From an uncultured Solirubrobacterales bacterium (GTDB lineage Bacteria > Actinomycetota > Thermoleophilia > Solirubrobacterales > Solirubrobacteraceae): 64,000 nucleotides of DNA. Each line of letters begins with the position of its first letter. The stretch's first letter is position 1. This document shows positions 9,936 to 20,765 of this stretch, one piece after another. Under the pieces are notes generated by a model that was not told the origin of the DNA, did not search any database, and was given only the letters and a program-made list of their open reading frames with translations. Position numbers and translations under genes: made by a program. The stretch covers positions 22,930 through 86,929 of the forward strand of contig CAWGQT010000022.1 in the NCBI GenBank assembly GCA_963824755.1, written 5' to 3'.

Positions 9936-10298
9936 CTTTCGCGTGCGCGAGCGCTCCTCCTGGCGCTCGACCACGTTGACGATCAGCTTCATCACCTGCT
10001 CGATCCCGGTGGCCTTGACGTCGCCATGCGCGAACGCCGCGCGCCAGTCGCTCACTTGGCCCTTGGTGGCGAGCTCGTTGAACTGGGCCCTGCCGATCGA
10101 TAGCTGGACCTTCGCGTCGCTGGGGAGGTCCTTTGAGACCTTCGGTCCGGGCAGCTCCACCCGATAGATCTGGACGTCTCCGCGGCCGCGCAACTCGAGC
10201 CCGGCGACCAGCTTGAGCGGCTGCAGCGCGGGCACCTCGTCGAGGAACCGGTTGACGGCCGTCTCGATCAGGGACTTGGTGTCGGATGGCGAAGCCAG
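9924..10298 (-). CDS. Conserved hypothetical protein, possibly SCP2-like fold; start uncertain
   Basis: GC3-rich coding style from LASPSDTKSLIETAV to the TAG stop; no clear ATG, so the track extension upstream is doubtful. Confidence 0.55.
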   Translation of the reverse strand: MASPSDTKSLIETAVNRFLDEVPALQPLKLVAGLELRGRGDVQIYRVELPGPKVSKDLPSDAKVQLSIGRAQFNELATKGQVSDWRAAFAHGDVKATGIEQVMKLIVNVVERQEERSRTRKAKH

Positions 10299-10376
10299 GC
10301 CAATCAGTCTATGGGCTCCGTTGACACGCGCGTTGCGTAGCGGGACGATAAAACCAGGCGACTGGAAGGAGAGGGC

Positions 10377-10601
10377 ATGAGCCGCATGATGGCTGACTGC
10401 CGCCGCTGGCCCAGCGAGACGAACTGCTCGCTGGTCCTCATCGGTGAGGAGGACGAGGTCGTGAGCGCTGCGGCCGAGCACGCGGCCGCGGTCCACGGAC
10501 ACGAGGACACTCCGGAGATGCGCGAGCAACTGCGCAGCTTCCTGGAGCCGGCCTCGGAGTACCAGGCCGGGCCGCGTGAGCAGGAGCCGATGCCGAGTTG
10601 A
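10377..10601 (+). CDS. DUF1059-like small protein
   Basis: DCR..PSE.NCSL...GEEDEV..AAAEHA..VHGH pattern; RBS gagggc. Confidence 0.7.
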   Translation: MSRMMADCRRWPSETNCSLVLIGEEDEVVSAAAEHAAAVHGHEDTPEMREQLRSFLEPASEYQAGPREQEPMPS

Positions 10602-10635
10602 TGGGTGGGGCGCTCCTGCGGGCGCCCCTTCCCAT
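10601..10635. terminator. Bidirectional hairpin between convergent genes
   Basis: atggg..ggggcgc-loop-gcgcccc..cccat inverted repeat. Confidence 0.55.
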
Positions 10636-10636
10636 T

Positions 10637-11836
10637 TCAGATCTTGTGGCGCTCGAGCAGCTTGCGCCCGATCACCATGCGCTGGATCTCCGAGGTGCCC
10701 TCGCCGATCAGCAGCAGTGGCGCGTCACGGTACAGCCGCTCGATCTCGTACTCCTTGGAGTAGCCGTAGCCGCCGTGGATGCGGAACGACTCCTCGACGC
10801 AGAAGCGGCCGGCCTCCGAGGCGAACAGCTTCGCCATCCCCGCCTCGAGGTCGCTTCGCTCGCCGGCATCCTTGAGCTCGGCTGCTCTGCGCGTGAGCAG
10901 GCGCGCCGCGTCGACCTGGGTGGCCATGTCGGCGAGCTTGAACTGGATCGCCTGGTGCTGGGCGATCGCCCTGCCGAACGTCTTGCGCTCCTGTGAGTAG
11001 CGGAGCGCGAGCTCCAGGGCTCGCTGGGCGATCCCGACGCCGCGGGCCGCGACGTTCACGCGCCCAACCTCGAGCGCGTCCATCATCTGCGGGAAGCCCT
11101 TGTTCAGACCCGACTCCTCGCCGCCGAGGATGTTCTCCGCCGGGCACCTGTAGCCGTCGAACACGAGCTCGGTCGACTCGACGCCCTTGTATCCCATCTT
11201 CTTGATCTTGGGCGGGACGTTGAAGCCGGCGTAGGGCCCCGTGTTCTCGCTGGCGCCCGGCTCCTTCTCGGCGATGAAGCAGGTCAGCCCGCGATGCTTG
11301 GGCTCGGCGCTCGGATCGGTGCGCACGAGCACGAACACGAGTCCGGACAGCAGGCCGTTGGTGACCCACATCTTCGTGCCGTTGATCTCATAGGTGTCAT
11401 CGTCAATCTTCTTCGCGGCCGTCTTGATCGCGGCGACATCGGAACCGAGCTCGGGTTCGCTCAGCGAGAACGCGGCGCGGATCTCGCCGGTCGCCATCCT
11501 CGGCAGATACTTCTGCTTCTGCTCCTCGGTTCCGAACTTGATCAGGAGGTAGGAGCCGATGAAGTGCGTGTTGACGATCCCGGAGATGCTGATCCACCCC
11601 CGGCTGAGCTCCTCGACGATCATCGCGTAGGTCGACAGATCGAGTCCCATCCCCCCGTACTCCTCGGGGATCGTGACGCCGAACAGGCCGAGCTCCTTCA
11701 TCTGCTCGACGATCGGCTCGGGAAAGCTGTCCTCGTGGTCGTAGTGCTCGGCGTTGGGGATGATCTGCTCGTCGGCAAACTGCCGGACCATCTCGCAGAT
11801 CGCTTTTTGCTCGTCGGTGATGGTTGCGATAGCCAT
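10637..11836 (-). CDS. Acyl-CoA dehydrogenase
   Basis: IPEEYGG.G, FSLSEPELGSD, NGTKMWVTNG, KKMGYKG, IHGGYGYSKEY.IERLYRDA, IGEGTSEIQR. Confidence 0.95.
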   Translation of the reverse strand: MAIATITDEQKAICEMVRQFADEQIIPNAEHYDHEDSFPEPIVEQMKELGLFGVTIPEEYGGMGLDLSTYAMIVEELSRGWISISGIVNTHFIGSYLLIKFGTEEQKQKYLPRMATGEIRAAFSLSEPELGSDVAAIKTAAKKIDDDTYEINGTKMWVTNGLLSGLVFVLVRTDPSAEPKHRGLTCFIAEKEPGASENTGPYAGFNVPPKIKKMGYKGVESTELVFDGYRCPAENILGGEESGLNKGFPQMMDALEVGRVNVAARGVGIAQRALELALRYSQERKTFGRAIAQHQAIQFKLADMATQVDAARLLTRRAAELKDAGERSDLEAGMAKLFASEAGRFCVEESFRIHGGYGYSKEYEIERLYRDAPLLLIGEGTSEIQRMVIGRKLLERHKI

Positions 11837-12046
11837 GGTGATTCGAGGATACGTAAAAACGTGTGCGTTGCGCGGGCGTGGCTCTCGGCTGGCGCCTCGC
11901 TTCCGGCCTGCAGCCGGAGCGCGGTGCGGCGGTCTGCCCCGTATGTGGGCGTGGTCGTTCTAGGGCCGCGATCGACGCGGAACCGCCCCCTCGCCAGCCA
12001 AATCCGAGGCCGCGCGGCAGCCCAGCCGCGGGCGGAGCGCCAAAGC

Positions 12047-12916
12047 TCAGCCCCGCGTCTGCGCGGGCGACGCGTTCTGCGCCTCGGAGCGCACCCCATG
12101 GCTCCAGGGCGACGCCGGACGCTCAGCCAACTCCCCATCGAGCTCCAGATCCACCCGCTCGTTGAAGAAGCAGAGGAGCCCGGCGATCCGCGACACCTCC
12201 GGGAACGGATCTGCGTAGTACCAGATGAGGTCCTTGCCGTCCTCGACGCCCTCGACCGAGTAATAGGCGGCCGTGCCCTTGTACGGACAGCGGGTCACCG
12301 TGTCCGACTCGAGCAGCGAGGCCGAGACATCCTCGCGCGGCAGATACCAGCGCGGCGGGAGGTTGGACTCGAACAGCGCGAGCGCGCGCGAGGACGAAGC
12401 CAGCTCCACCCCGTCGAGCGACACCCTCACTTGCCGGTCGCTCGTCAAGACGTCGACCCGGTGATACGGATCGCGTGGGTGGACGAACACCTCCTCGTCC
12501 TCCTCGAACCAGTGATCCATCCGGTTCCAGTAGAACGCGATCAGGCCCTTCAACTGCGGCGGCGCGTCTGCGATCGGCTCGGGGTAGTACCAGGCGCCGG
12601 CATCGACGACCGACTCGCCGGCGCGGATCGTGTAGTAGGAGGCCTCGCCCTTCTTCGGGCAGCGCGTGTGGCGGTCGGAGGGCTCGAGCCGCTCCGAGCG
12701 TACGTCCTCGGGCGGGAAGTAGTAGATCGGCTGATGGCCAGACTCGTGGAGCAGAAAGGCGTGGCGGCTGTCGGCGACCGTCTCGCCGCCGACCACTGCC
12801 CGGATCCGTTTCGGCGTCGGCTCCAGATAGAGCGCCCGCCCTGGTGCCGGAGGTTCGAAGTTGAAGGCGCCGGCCGGTTCGCGACCGAACGGTCCGCTTC
12901 CCGTCATCAGACCCAT
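12047..12916 (-). CDS. Tandem DUF427 domain protein
   Basis: Two repeats of ..YY.P..DV....L..S...T.CP.KG.A.YY; HPRDPYHRVD linker. Confidence 0.85.
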   Translation of the reverse strand: MGLMTGSGPFGREPAGAFNFEPPAPGRALYLEPTPKRIRAVVGGETVADSRHAFLLHESGHQPIYYFPPEDVRSERLEPSDRHTRCPKKGEASYYTIRAGESVVDAGAWYYPEPIADAPPQLKGLIAFYWNRMDHWFEEDEEVFVHPRDPYHRVDVLTSDRQVRVSLDGVELASSSRALALFESNLPPRWYLPREDVSASLLESDTVTRCPYKGTAAYYSVEGVEDGKDLIWYYADPFPEVSRIAGLLCFFNERVDLELDGELAERPASPWSHGVRSEAQNASPAQTRG

Positions 12917-12992
12917 TAGGACTTCAGCCTACCAAGGGGCTTTCGCCGGCCTTCAGGCATCCAGACCGTCGAGGCTGCAACCATGCACGCCC

Positions 12993-14447
12993 TTGAACTT
13001 CGCTCGCGACGTAGTTGATGGCGCACCCGGCGATCGCATCGCGCTGATCGAGCTGGCCCGCGACGGCCGCCGGCGCGAGTGGAGCTTCGCCGAGGTGAGC
13101 GAGATGAGCGCCCGGCTCGCCGGCACACTCACGCGCCACCACGTGGACCGCGGCGACATCGTGATGACGCTGATCGGCAACCGGCCGGAGTGGGTGCTGA
13201 CGATGGTGGCGTGCTTCCGGATCGGCGCCGTCGTCCTGCCGTGCAACGAGCAGCTGCGCGCCAAGGACCTCCGGCACCGGATCGAGGCCGCGAACCCGAA
13301 GCTGATCGTCGCCGACGAGCGCAACACGGCCGAGCTCGCCGGCGCGAAAGGTGACTCGAGGGTGATCACGATCCCGGACGAGTCGCTGTTCGAAGCCGAC
13401 CCGGTGCCGCCGACGGACCTGCACCCACGCGATCCTTGCCTGATCGTCTTCACCAGCGGCACGACCGGCGAGGCGAAGGGCGTCGTCCACGGGCAGCGGT
13501 ACCTCCCGGGTCAGCGACTCCAGTCGCAACATTGGCTCGACGCGCAGGAGGGCGAGCTCGTGTGGTGCACCGCGGCTAGTGGCTGGTCGAAGTCCGCCCG
13601 CAACTCGTTCATCGCGCCCTGGCTGGGCGGCGCCACCGCGCTGCTTCACGACGCCCGCTTCGACCCCGTCGAGCGGCTCGAGATCCTGGCTCGCGAGAAG
13701 GTCAACGTGCTGTGCATGGCGCCCACCGAGTACCGCGTGATCGCCAAGCGGACGACGATCGCGCCGCTGCCGCACCTGCGTGGCCTGGTCGCGGCCGGCG
13801 AGGCGCTCAATCCCGAGGTGATCAAGGCCTTCAAGGAGGTGCTCGGCGTCGAGATTCGCGACGGCTACGGCCAGACCGAGACCGGCCAGCTGACCGCCAA
13901 CCCACCCGACCAACCCGTCAGGCCCGGATCCATGGGCCTCCCGCTACCGGGCGTCGACCTCCAGATCGAGGACGGCGAGCTGGTCCTCGAGAACCCGCAC
14001 ACCGATCCCACGTTCTTCGTCTCCTACCTCGACGGCACCCCGGCGCCCGAGACCGCCAGGTGGCGTACCGGCGACCGGGTGCAGCAGGACGAGCACGGCT
14101 ACCTGTACTTCGAGGGCCGCACCGACGACGTGATCATCTCCGCCGGCTACCGGATCGGCCCGTTCGAGGTCGAGTCGGCACTCGTCTCGCACGTGGCGGT
14201 CGCCGAGGCGGCGGTCGTCGCCGCCCCCGACGACGAGCGGGGAAGTGTCGTCCGCGCGGTCGTCGTGCTGCGCGACGGCTTCGAGCCGAGCGAGGCGCTC
14301 GCCGGCGAGCTACAGGAACACGTCAGGGAGCAGACTGCGCCTTACAAGTACCCGCGGATCGTCGACTTCGCGCAGGAGCTCCCGAAGACGGCGAGCGGCA
14401 AGGTCCGCCGCGCCGCGCTGCGGGCGGCTGGTAGTCCAACTCAGTAG
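12993..14447 (+). CDS. AMP-dependent acyl-CoA synthetase (start probably TTG 12993)
   Basis: FTSGTTGEAKG, DGYGQTE, WRTGD, GRTDDVI, YKYPR, LPKTASGKV. Confidence 0.9.
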   Translation: MNFARDVVDGAPGDRIALIELARDGRRREWSFAEVSEMSARLAGTLTRHHVDRGDIVMTLIGNRPEWVLTMVACFRIGAVVLPCNEQLRAKDLRHRIEAANPKLIVADERNTAELAGAKGDSRVITIPDESLFEADPVPPTDLHPRDPCLIVFTSGTTGEAKGVVHGQRYLPGQRLQSQHWLDAQEGELVWCTAASGWSKSARNSFIAPWLGGATALLHDARFDPVERLEILAREKVNVLCMAPTEYRVIAKRTTIAPLPHLRGLVAAGEALNPEVIKAFKEVLGVEIRDGYGQTETGQLTANPPDQPVRPGSMGLPLPGVDLQIEDGELVLENPHTDPTFFVSYLDGTPAPETARWRTGDRVQQDEHGYLYFEGRTDDVIISAGYRIGPFEVESALVSHVAVAEAAVVAAPDDERGSVVRAVVVLRDGFEPSEALAGELQEHVREQTAPYKYPRIVDFAQELPKTASGKVRRAALRAAGSPTQ

Positions 14448-14941
14448 GAGTAACCGCCGCCCGCGCCCGCGGCAGAAGAAGACGACGACGACGATGTCGC
14501 AGCCGACGACGAGGCCGGCCCGACCGCCAGCGTGCCCACCATCCCCAGGTGGCGGTGACCGTCGATCGGGCAGTACATCGTGTAGGTCCCGGCCTTGCTC
14601 ACGTCGACCTTCAGCGTCGCCGATCCGCCCGGCGGGATCGGGGCGGTCCGCACGACGCCGGACGGGGTCTGCACGGCGAGCGCGTGCGTCACCTTGCCGG
14701 CGTTCTTGACACTGATCGTGATCGTGCCGGTGTTCGCCACCGACGCGTTCGATGGCGTGATCTTGAACTCGGTCTCGCTCAGCGAAAGGTGGCCGCCGCC
14801 TGCGGACACCGAGGAGGCGGAGCCCGCAGGCGTGGACGCGGCGGCCTTGGATGCGCTCGTTGTAGTGGAGCTGCTCGCCGAGCCGCATCCCGCGAGCAGT
14901 GCCGCGGCAGCGACTGTCACGAGTAGGGTCATGCGGCTCAT
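14441..14941 (-). CDS. Cupredoxin (type-1 copper) lipoprotein
   Basis: Lipobox LAGC, Ser/Thr linker, HAL and YCPIDGHRHLGM giving an H..C..H..M ligand set. Confidence 0.8.
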   Translation of the reverse strand: MSRMTLLVTVAAAALLAGCGSASSSTTTSASKAAASTPAGSASSVSAGGGHLSLSETEFKITPSNASVANTGTITISVKNAGKVTHALAVQTPSGVVRTAPIPPGGSATLKVDVSKAGTYTMYCPIDGHRHLGMVGTLAVGPASSSAATSSSSSSSAAGAGGGYSY

Positions 14942-15029
14942 CTGCGACCTCCGGGAGCTCATCGTCGATGACATAGACGCCGGCAATGACCCCGTCCTTC
15001 CCGTCCGCCCCTCGGTAGGCTGAGGAACC

Positions 15030-15776
15030 GTGACCAGGACCCGCCCTGTGATCGGGATCACGACCGGCCTCACGCGCGCCCAGTGGGGACCATGGGATCG
15101 GCTCGCGGCCCTGCTGCCGTACGAGTACATCACCGCGATCCAGCGCGCCGGCGCGATGGCGCTGATGATCGCGCCGGATCCCGCGCTCGAGTCAGACCCC
15201 GACGAGATCCTCGACACGATCGAGGGGCTGATCCTGTCGGGCGGCTCGGACATCGACCCCGCGAGCTACGGCGAGAACCCGCACCCGGAGACGATCGGCA
15301 CCGTGATCGAGCGCGACCGCACCGAGCTCGCCCTATCGCGTCGCGCGATCGAGCGCGACATCCCCGTCCTCGGCATCTGCCGAGGGATGCAGCTGATCAA
15401 CGTCGCGCGCGGCGGGACGCTCAAGCAGCACCTGCCCGACGAGGTCGGCCACGAGGATCACCGGCCGTATCCGGGAAGCTTCGAGAACTCAGATCACGCA
15501 GTGCATCTGAAGGCCGGCTCGCTGGCCGCGGTCGCCGCCGGCGAGACGCTCCACAACACCAAATCGCACCACCACCAGGGCGTTGAGAAGATCGGCGAGG
15601 GCCTGGTGGTCTCGGGCTATTCGGCGCTAGACGATCTGCCCGAGGCGCTCGAGGCGCCCGACTGCCGCTTCGTCCTCGGCGTGCAGTGGCATCCCGAGGC
15701 CGACGAGCGCAGCCGCGTGATCGACGCGCTCGTCCAGCAGGCGCGCGACTACCGCAGCAACCGCGGCGCCGCGTAG
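15030..15776 (+). CDS. Gamma-glutamyl-gamma-aminobutyrate hydrolase family (peptidase C26, PuuD-like)
   Basis: GLILSGGSDIDP..YG, LGICRGMQ, SHHHQG, GVQWHPE. Confidence 0.9.
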   Translation: MTRTRPVIGITTGLTRAQWGPWDRLAALLPYEYITAIQRAGAMALMIAPDPALESDPDEILDTIEGLILSGGSDIDPASYGENPHPETIGTVIERDRTELALSRRAIERDIPVLGICRGMQLINVARGGTLKQHLPDEVGHEDHRPYPGSFENSDHAVHLKAGSLAAVAAGETLHNTKSHHHQGVEKIGEGLVVSGYSALDDLPEALEAPDCRFVLGVQWHPEADERSRVIDALVQQARDYRSNRGAA

Positions 15777-16987
15777 CCGGCTGCCCGCACCGCGTCGGTC
15801 ACCTGTTGCGCGTGAGTCGGGCCGCGCGTCTCGAGCACGAGCTGCACCGCGGTCTCGCGGATGTGCAGATCGAACCCCTCGCGGACGTGCTCGACATCGA
15901 CCACATTCCCGCGGAGCTCACCGACCAGCGTCAGCAGCCGCGCCAGCGAGCCGGGCGTGTCGGGTAGGGCAGCGAGCAGCACCAGCCGGCGGCCGGCCTG
16001 GCTCTCGTGCCGCCGTGCCACCTCGGCGAGCAGCCCAGCGCCGACGTTGCCGCCCGACAGCACCACGACCGTCGGGCCATCGCCGGCCAGATGCAACTGA
16101 TCCCCGAGCAGCGCCGCGAGCCCGACGGCTCCTGCCCCCTCCACGACCAGCTTCGCCCGCTCGAGCAACAGCACCATCGCCTCGGCCACCTCGTCCTCCT
16201 CGACGACCACGATCCGGTCGACCCAGCGCGCGATCAGCGCCAGCGTCAGCGCGCCGGGGCGCTTGATCGCGATCCCGTCCGCGATCGTCAGGGCGGAGGA
16301 CACGGGGAGCGGCTCGCCCGCCTGGAGCGATGCCGGAAACGGAGCGCAGCCGGCGACCTGGACGCCGATCACCTCGACCGACGGCAACAGCGACTTGATC
16401 GCGATCGCCACACCGCTGACGAGGCCGCCACCACCGACCGGCACGACCACCCTGCGCATGTCCGGCACCTGCTCGACCAGCTCGAGCCCGAGCCCGCCCT
16501 GCCCGGCGACCACGTCGGGGTCATCAAACGGATGCACGAACGCCAGCCCGTCGCGCTCCGCCCGCTCGCGCGCCGTGGCCAGGGATTCGTCGACCGAGCT
16601 ACCGCCGAGATGGACATTCGCGCCGAGCGCGGTGGCGGCGTCGATCTTCGAGATCGACGCGTCCTGGGGCATGTACACGTCGCAGCGGAAGCCTCTTGCC
16701 CGGGCCGCGTAGGCGACGGCCTGCGCGTGGTTTCCGGCGCTCCCGGTGACGACGCCGTCGCGGCATCGCTCCCCGAGCGCCGAGATCTTGGCGAGCGCGC
16801 CGCGGAGCTTGAACGAACCCGTCCGCTGCAGGTTCTCGGCTTTCAGCACGACCGTCGTGCCGGCGCGCTGGCTCAGCGTCTGAGAGCTGAGCACCGGCGT
16901 CTCGCGCACGAGACCGGCGCCTGCGCCGGCGGCGCGGCGGATGTCCTCGACCGTGACGGACTCACGCAGGGAGCGCGACGATGGCAT
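15749..16987 (-). CDS. ilvA: Threonine ammonia-lyase with C-terminal ACT domain
   Basis: KAENLQRTGSFKLRGA (PLP Lys), SAGNHAQ, HPFDD, VPVGGGGL, LSGGN, ACT tail. Confidence 0.9.
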   Translation of the reverse strand: MPSSRSLRESVTVEDIRRAAGAGAGLVRETPVLSSQTLSQRAGTTVVLKAENLQRTGSFKLRGALAKISALGERCRDGVVTGSAGNHAQAVAYAARARGFRCDVYMPQDASISKIDAATALGANVHLGGSSVDESLATARERAERDGLAFVHPFDDPDVVAGQGGLGLELVEQVPDMRRVVVPVGGGGLVSGVAIAIKSLLPSVEVIGVQVAGCAPFPASLQAGEPLPVSSALTIADGIAIKRPGALTLALIARWVDRIVVVEEDEVAEAMVLLLERAKLVVEGAGAVGLAALLGDQLHLAGDGPTVVVLSGGNVGAGLLAEVARRHESQAGRRLVLLAALPDTPGSLARLLTLVGELRGNVVDVEHVREGFDLHIRETAVQLVLETRGPTHAQQVTDAVRAAGYAAPRLLR

Positions 16988-17354
16988 CGATCTCCACCTG
17001 GGCGCCGCGCGGCAGAGCGCCCACCGCGATCGCCACGCGAGCCGGCGGATCGGACTCGAAGAACGACTCGTACACCTCGTTGATCGAGACGAAACTGGAC
17101 ATGTCGGTCAGGTACACGGTTATGCGGACCGCGTCACCCAGCGTCGCACCGGCGGCATCGCACACCGCCGCCAGGTTCTCTAGACAGCGCCCCGCCTGTT
17201 CGGCGGGACCTCCATCGACGAGCTGCCCGGTCTTCGGGTCGAGCGGGATCTGGCCCGAGCAGAACAGCAGGTCGCCGGCGCGCATGGCGTGTACGTAAGG
17301 ACCGACGGCCTCGGGCGCGCCGGGGGCGTTGATCGGCTGGCGATGAGTCGACAA
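16962..17354 (-). CDS. ridA: RidA/YjgF family enamine deaminase
   Basis: [42 protein letters not shown]; adjacent to ilvA. Confidence 0.88.
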   Translation of the reverse strand: MSTHRQPINAPGAPEAVGPYVHAMRAGDLLFCSGQIPLDPKTGQLVDGGPAEQAGRCLENLAAVCDAAGATLGDAVRITVYLTDMSSFVSINEVYESFFESDPPARVAIAVGALPRGAQVEIDAIVALPA

Positions 17355-17412
17355 GCAACCTCCTCTCCTATCGCGATGCCTGAAGCGTATTGGTGCGGGT
17401 AGGCTGAGGCTC

Positions 17413-19323
17413 GTGCCGAACCGCCTCGCGCGCGAGAGCTCGCCTTATCTGCTGCAGCACAAGGACAATCCGGTCGACTGGTATGCGTGGGGTGAGGAGG
17501 CGCTCGAGCGGGCGCGCAGCGAGGATCGTCCGCTGCTGGTGTCCGTCGGCTACTCGGCCTGTCATTGGTGCCATGTGATGGAGCGCGAGTCGTTCGAGAA
17601 CGCCGACACCGCCGCGCTCATGAACGAGCGGTTCGTCTGTGTGAAGGTCGACCGCGAGGAGCGGCCGGACATCGACGCGATCTGCATGGATGCATGTCAG
17701 GCCATGACCGGGCATGGCGGCTGGCCGCTCAACACGTTCTTGACGCCCGAAGGCATCCCGTTCTACGCCGGGACCTACTTCCCGCCGCAGCCGCGTCAGG
17801 GCCTCCCGAGCTGGCAGATGGTGCTGCTCGCGATCGCGGACGCGTGGGACAAGCGCCGCGAGGAGATCCGCACGCAAGGTGATCAGATCGTTCGCGCGCT
17901 GTCCGCGACGGCCCGGATCGAGCCCTCGCACGAGCCGATCCGCGACGACCTCCTGCGAGATGCGGTCGAGGGCCTGCGACATGGCTACGACCGGGTCAAC
18001 GGCGGCTTCGGCGGTGCGCCCAAATTCCCGCCGGCGTCGACGATCGAGGTGCTGCTCGCGCGCGGAGAAACCGAGATGGCGCTCGGCACGCTGCGTGGAA
18101 TGGCGCGCGGCGGCATCTACGACCAGGTCGGCGGCGGCTTCGCGCGCTACTCGGTAGATGCGACGTGGACTGTGCCGCACTTCGAGAAGATGCTCTATGA
18201 CAACGCCCTCTTGGCGCAGGCCTACCTGCACGGCTGGCAGGTCTCCGGTGAGGAGCGCTTGCGTCGCGTGTGCTGCGAGACGCTCGACTGGGTCCTGCGC
18301 GAGATGCAAGCGCCGGAGGGCGCCTTCTACTCGGCGCTGGATGCCGACTCAGAAGGCGTGGAGGGGAAGTTCTACGTATGGACACGCGAGGAGCTGGAGG
18401 CCCTGAGTGCCGACGATGCTTTCGAGCTCGGGCCCTTCGAGCACGGCCAGTACGTGCTGCGAGCGCGCGAACCAGAGCCGCCAGAGCTGCCCGAGATCCG
18501 CGCGAGACTGCTCGAGGCGCGATCGCACCGCGTGCGCCCCGGACTCGACGACAAGCGCCTCACCGGTTGGAACGCGCTGATGATCTCGGCGCTGGCCGAG
18601 GCGGGCGCCGTGCTCGATCGCGGCGACTACGTGGACGCCGCGGTGGCATGCGGGTCATTCCTCCTCGAGCAGCGCCGCGACGAGCAGGGCCGGCTGTTGC
18701 GCACCGAGAAGATCCCCGCGTTCCTCGATGACCACGCCTACCTGCTCGAGGCGCTGCTCACGCTTTATGAGACGACGTTCGACCCGCGCTGGTATCGCGA
18801 GGCGGTCGCGATCGCGGACATGATCGACGCCCGCTTCGAGGACGGCGAACGCGGCGGTTTCTTCACCACCGCCGACGACCACGAGCAACTCGCGGCTCGG
18901 CGCAAGGATCTCGAGGACTCACCGATCCCCTCGGGCAACTCGGCCGCCGCGTTCGGGCTGCTGCGCCTGGCGCTGCTCTCTGGCGAGGGCAAATACGAGC
19001 GCCACGCGCTCGGTGTCCTGCGGCTGATGTTCCCGCTCGCGGTCCGCCACCCCTCGGCGTTCGGCCACCTGCTCCGGGCGACGGACTTCTATCTGGCGCC
19101 GGTACGCGAGGTAGCGATCGTCGGACCGTCGCCCGAGGCGCTGCTGGCGATCGTGCGTGGCCAATACCGCCCGCACCTCGTGCTGGCCGGCGGCGAGGAG
19201 GATGGTGTGCCGCTGCTCAAGGATCGCAGTCCCGTCGACGGCCACGCCACGGCCTACGTCTGCGAGCACTTCGTGTGCAAGGCGCCGGTCACGACACCCG
19301 AGGAGCTCGCGGCGGCGCTCTAA
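17413..19323 (+). CDS. Thioredoxin-domain protein YyaL/SSP411 family
   Basis: [57 protein letters not shown]. Confidence 0.92.
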   Translation: MPNRLARESSPYLLQHKDNPVDWYAWGEEALERARSEDRPLLVSVGYSACHWCHVMERESFENADTAALMNERFVCVKVDREERPDIDAICMDACQAMTGHGGWPLNTFLTPEGIPFYAGTYFPPQPRQGLPSWQMVLLAIADAWDKRREEIRTQGDQIVRALSATARIEPSHEPIRDDLLRDAVEGLRHGYDRVNGGFGGAPKFPPASTIEVLLARGETEMALGTLRGMARGGIYDQVGGGFARYSVDATWTVPHFEKMLYDNALLAQAYLHGWQVSGEERLRRVCCETLDWVLREMQAPEGAFYSALDADSEGVEGKFYVWTREELEALSADDAFELGPFEHGQYVLRAREPEPPELPEIRARLLEARSHRVRPGLDDKRLTGWNALMISALAEAGAVLDRGDYVDAAVACGSFLLEQRRDEQGRLLRTEKIPAFLDDHAYLLEALLTLYETTFDPRWYREAVAIADMIDARFEDGERGGFFTTADDHEQLAARRKDLEDSPIPSGNSAAAFGLLRLALLSGEGKYERHALGVLRLMFPLAVRHPSAFGHLLRATDFYLAPVREVAIVGPSPEALLAIVRGQYRPHLVLAGGEEDGVPLLKDRSPVDGHATAYVCEHFVCKAPVTTPEELAAAL

Positions 19324-19372
19324 GCCCGGCGATACAAAGCGCCACTTGCATTCGGCCCTGCAAGTAGAGCCC

Positions 19373-20710
19373 CTACAAAACAGGCAGGTAGCGCTCGAGC
19401 TCCCAGGGGGTCACCTGGACGCGGTAGTCCTCCCACTCCTGGCGCTTGATCTCGATGTAGCGGTTGAACATGTGCTCGCCGAGCGTGCGCAGCACGAGCT
19501 CCGACTCGGCGGTCAGCTCGATCGCCTCGCCGAGCGTCTCGGGCAACTGCTCGATCCCGAGCCGCCGGCGCTCGTCGGGCGAGAGGTGGTAGAGGTTCTT
19601 CTCCATCGGCTCGGGCAGCTCGTAGCCGTGCTCGATTCCCTCGAGGCCTGCCTGCAGCAGGACCGCGAAGGTCAGGTACGGGTTGCAGGCCGGGTCCGGG
19701 CAGCGGAGTTCCATCCGGGTCGCCTTTTCCTTGCCCGGGTGGTACAGCGGCACGCGCACCAGTGCCGAGCGGTTGCGCCGCGACCACGCCAGGTATACCG
19801 GCGCCTCGTAGCCGGGGACCAGGCGCTTGTAGGAGTTGACCCACTGGGCGAAGATCGAGCAGATCTCGCGTGCGTGACGTAGCTGGCCGGCGATAAAGGC
19901 CTTGCCAACGTCGGAGAGAAAGTACGGGTCATCGGCGTTGTAGAACGCATTGCCATCCCCGCGGAACAGCGACTGGTGGGTGTGCATGCCCGAGCCGTTC
20001 TTGCCGAACAGCGGCTTCGGCATGAAGGTCGCATGCAGGCCGTACTTCATCGCGTATTCCTTGACCGTGATCCGGTAGGTCATGCAGTCGTCGGCCATCT
20101 TCAGCGCATCCGCGTAGCGCATGTCGATCTCGTGCTGGCTCGGCCCGACCTCGTGGTGGGTGTACTCGGTGTGGATCCCGAGCTGCTCGAGGGCCAGGAC
20201 CGTTTCTCTTCTGAGGTCCGATCCCGCGTCGAGCGTGGTCAGGTCGAAGTAGCCGCCCTCGTCGAGCACCTCCGTCGACTTCGAGTCGCGGAAGTAGAAG
20301 TACTCGAGCTCCGGGCCGACGTAGAAGTGGTCGAAGCCCATCTGGTTTGCGCGCTCCAGAGCCCTTCTGAGGACATGGCGTGGGTCGCCTTCGTACGGCG
20401 TGCGCTCGGGCGTCTGGATGTCGCAAAACATCCGCGCCGTGCCGTTCTCGGCGGGGCGCCAGGGCAGGATCGAGAACGTCGCGGCGTCCGGCATCGCGAT
20501 CATGTCCGATTCCTCGATCGGGTTGAAGCCGGTGATCGACGAGCCGTCGAATCCCATCCCGCCCTCAAAGGCGTCGGGCAGCTCGGTGGCGTTGATCGAG
20601 AACGACTTCAGCTGCCCGAGGATGTCGGTGAACCAGAGGCGGATGAATCGGATGTCGCGTTCCTGGACGAGCGAGATGACGCTGTCGGGAGTGAGGGGTT
20701 GGTCGGCCAT
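19373..20710 (-). CDS. glnA: Glutamine synthetase, type I (GSI-alpha/GlnA2-like)
   Basis: FDGSSI.GF..IEESDM, HHEVGPSQHEI, FMPKP..G.NGSGMHTH, NSYKRLVPGYEAP, RMELRCPDP.CNPY. Confidence 0.93.
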   Translation of the reverse strand: MADQPLTPDSVISLVQERDIRFIRLWFTDILGQLKSFSINATELPDAFEGGMGFDGSSITGFNPIEESDMIAMPDAATFSILPWRPAENGTARMFCDIQTPERTPYEGDPRHVLRRALERANQMGFDHFYVGPELEYFYFRDSKSTEVLDEGGYFDLTTLDAGSDLRRETVLALEQLGIHTEYTHHEVGPSQHEIDMRYADALKMADDCMTYRITVKEYAMKYGLHATFMPKPLFGKNGSGMHTHQSLFRGDGNAFYNADDPYFLSDVGKAFIAGQLRHAREICSIFAQWVNSYKRLVPGYEAPVYLAWSRRNRSALVRVPLYHPGKEKATRMELRCPDPACNPYLTFAVLLQAGLEGIEHGYELPEPMEKNLYHLSPDERRRLGIEQLPETLGEAIELTAESELVLRTLGEHMFNRYIEIKRQEWEDYRVQVTPWELERYLPVL

Positions 20711-20765
20711 TGCGGGAGCGCAGCGTACCTTGTCCTAGCGTTATCGAGTCCGTACTCTCGGTCGG

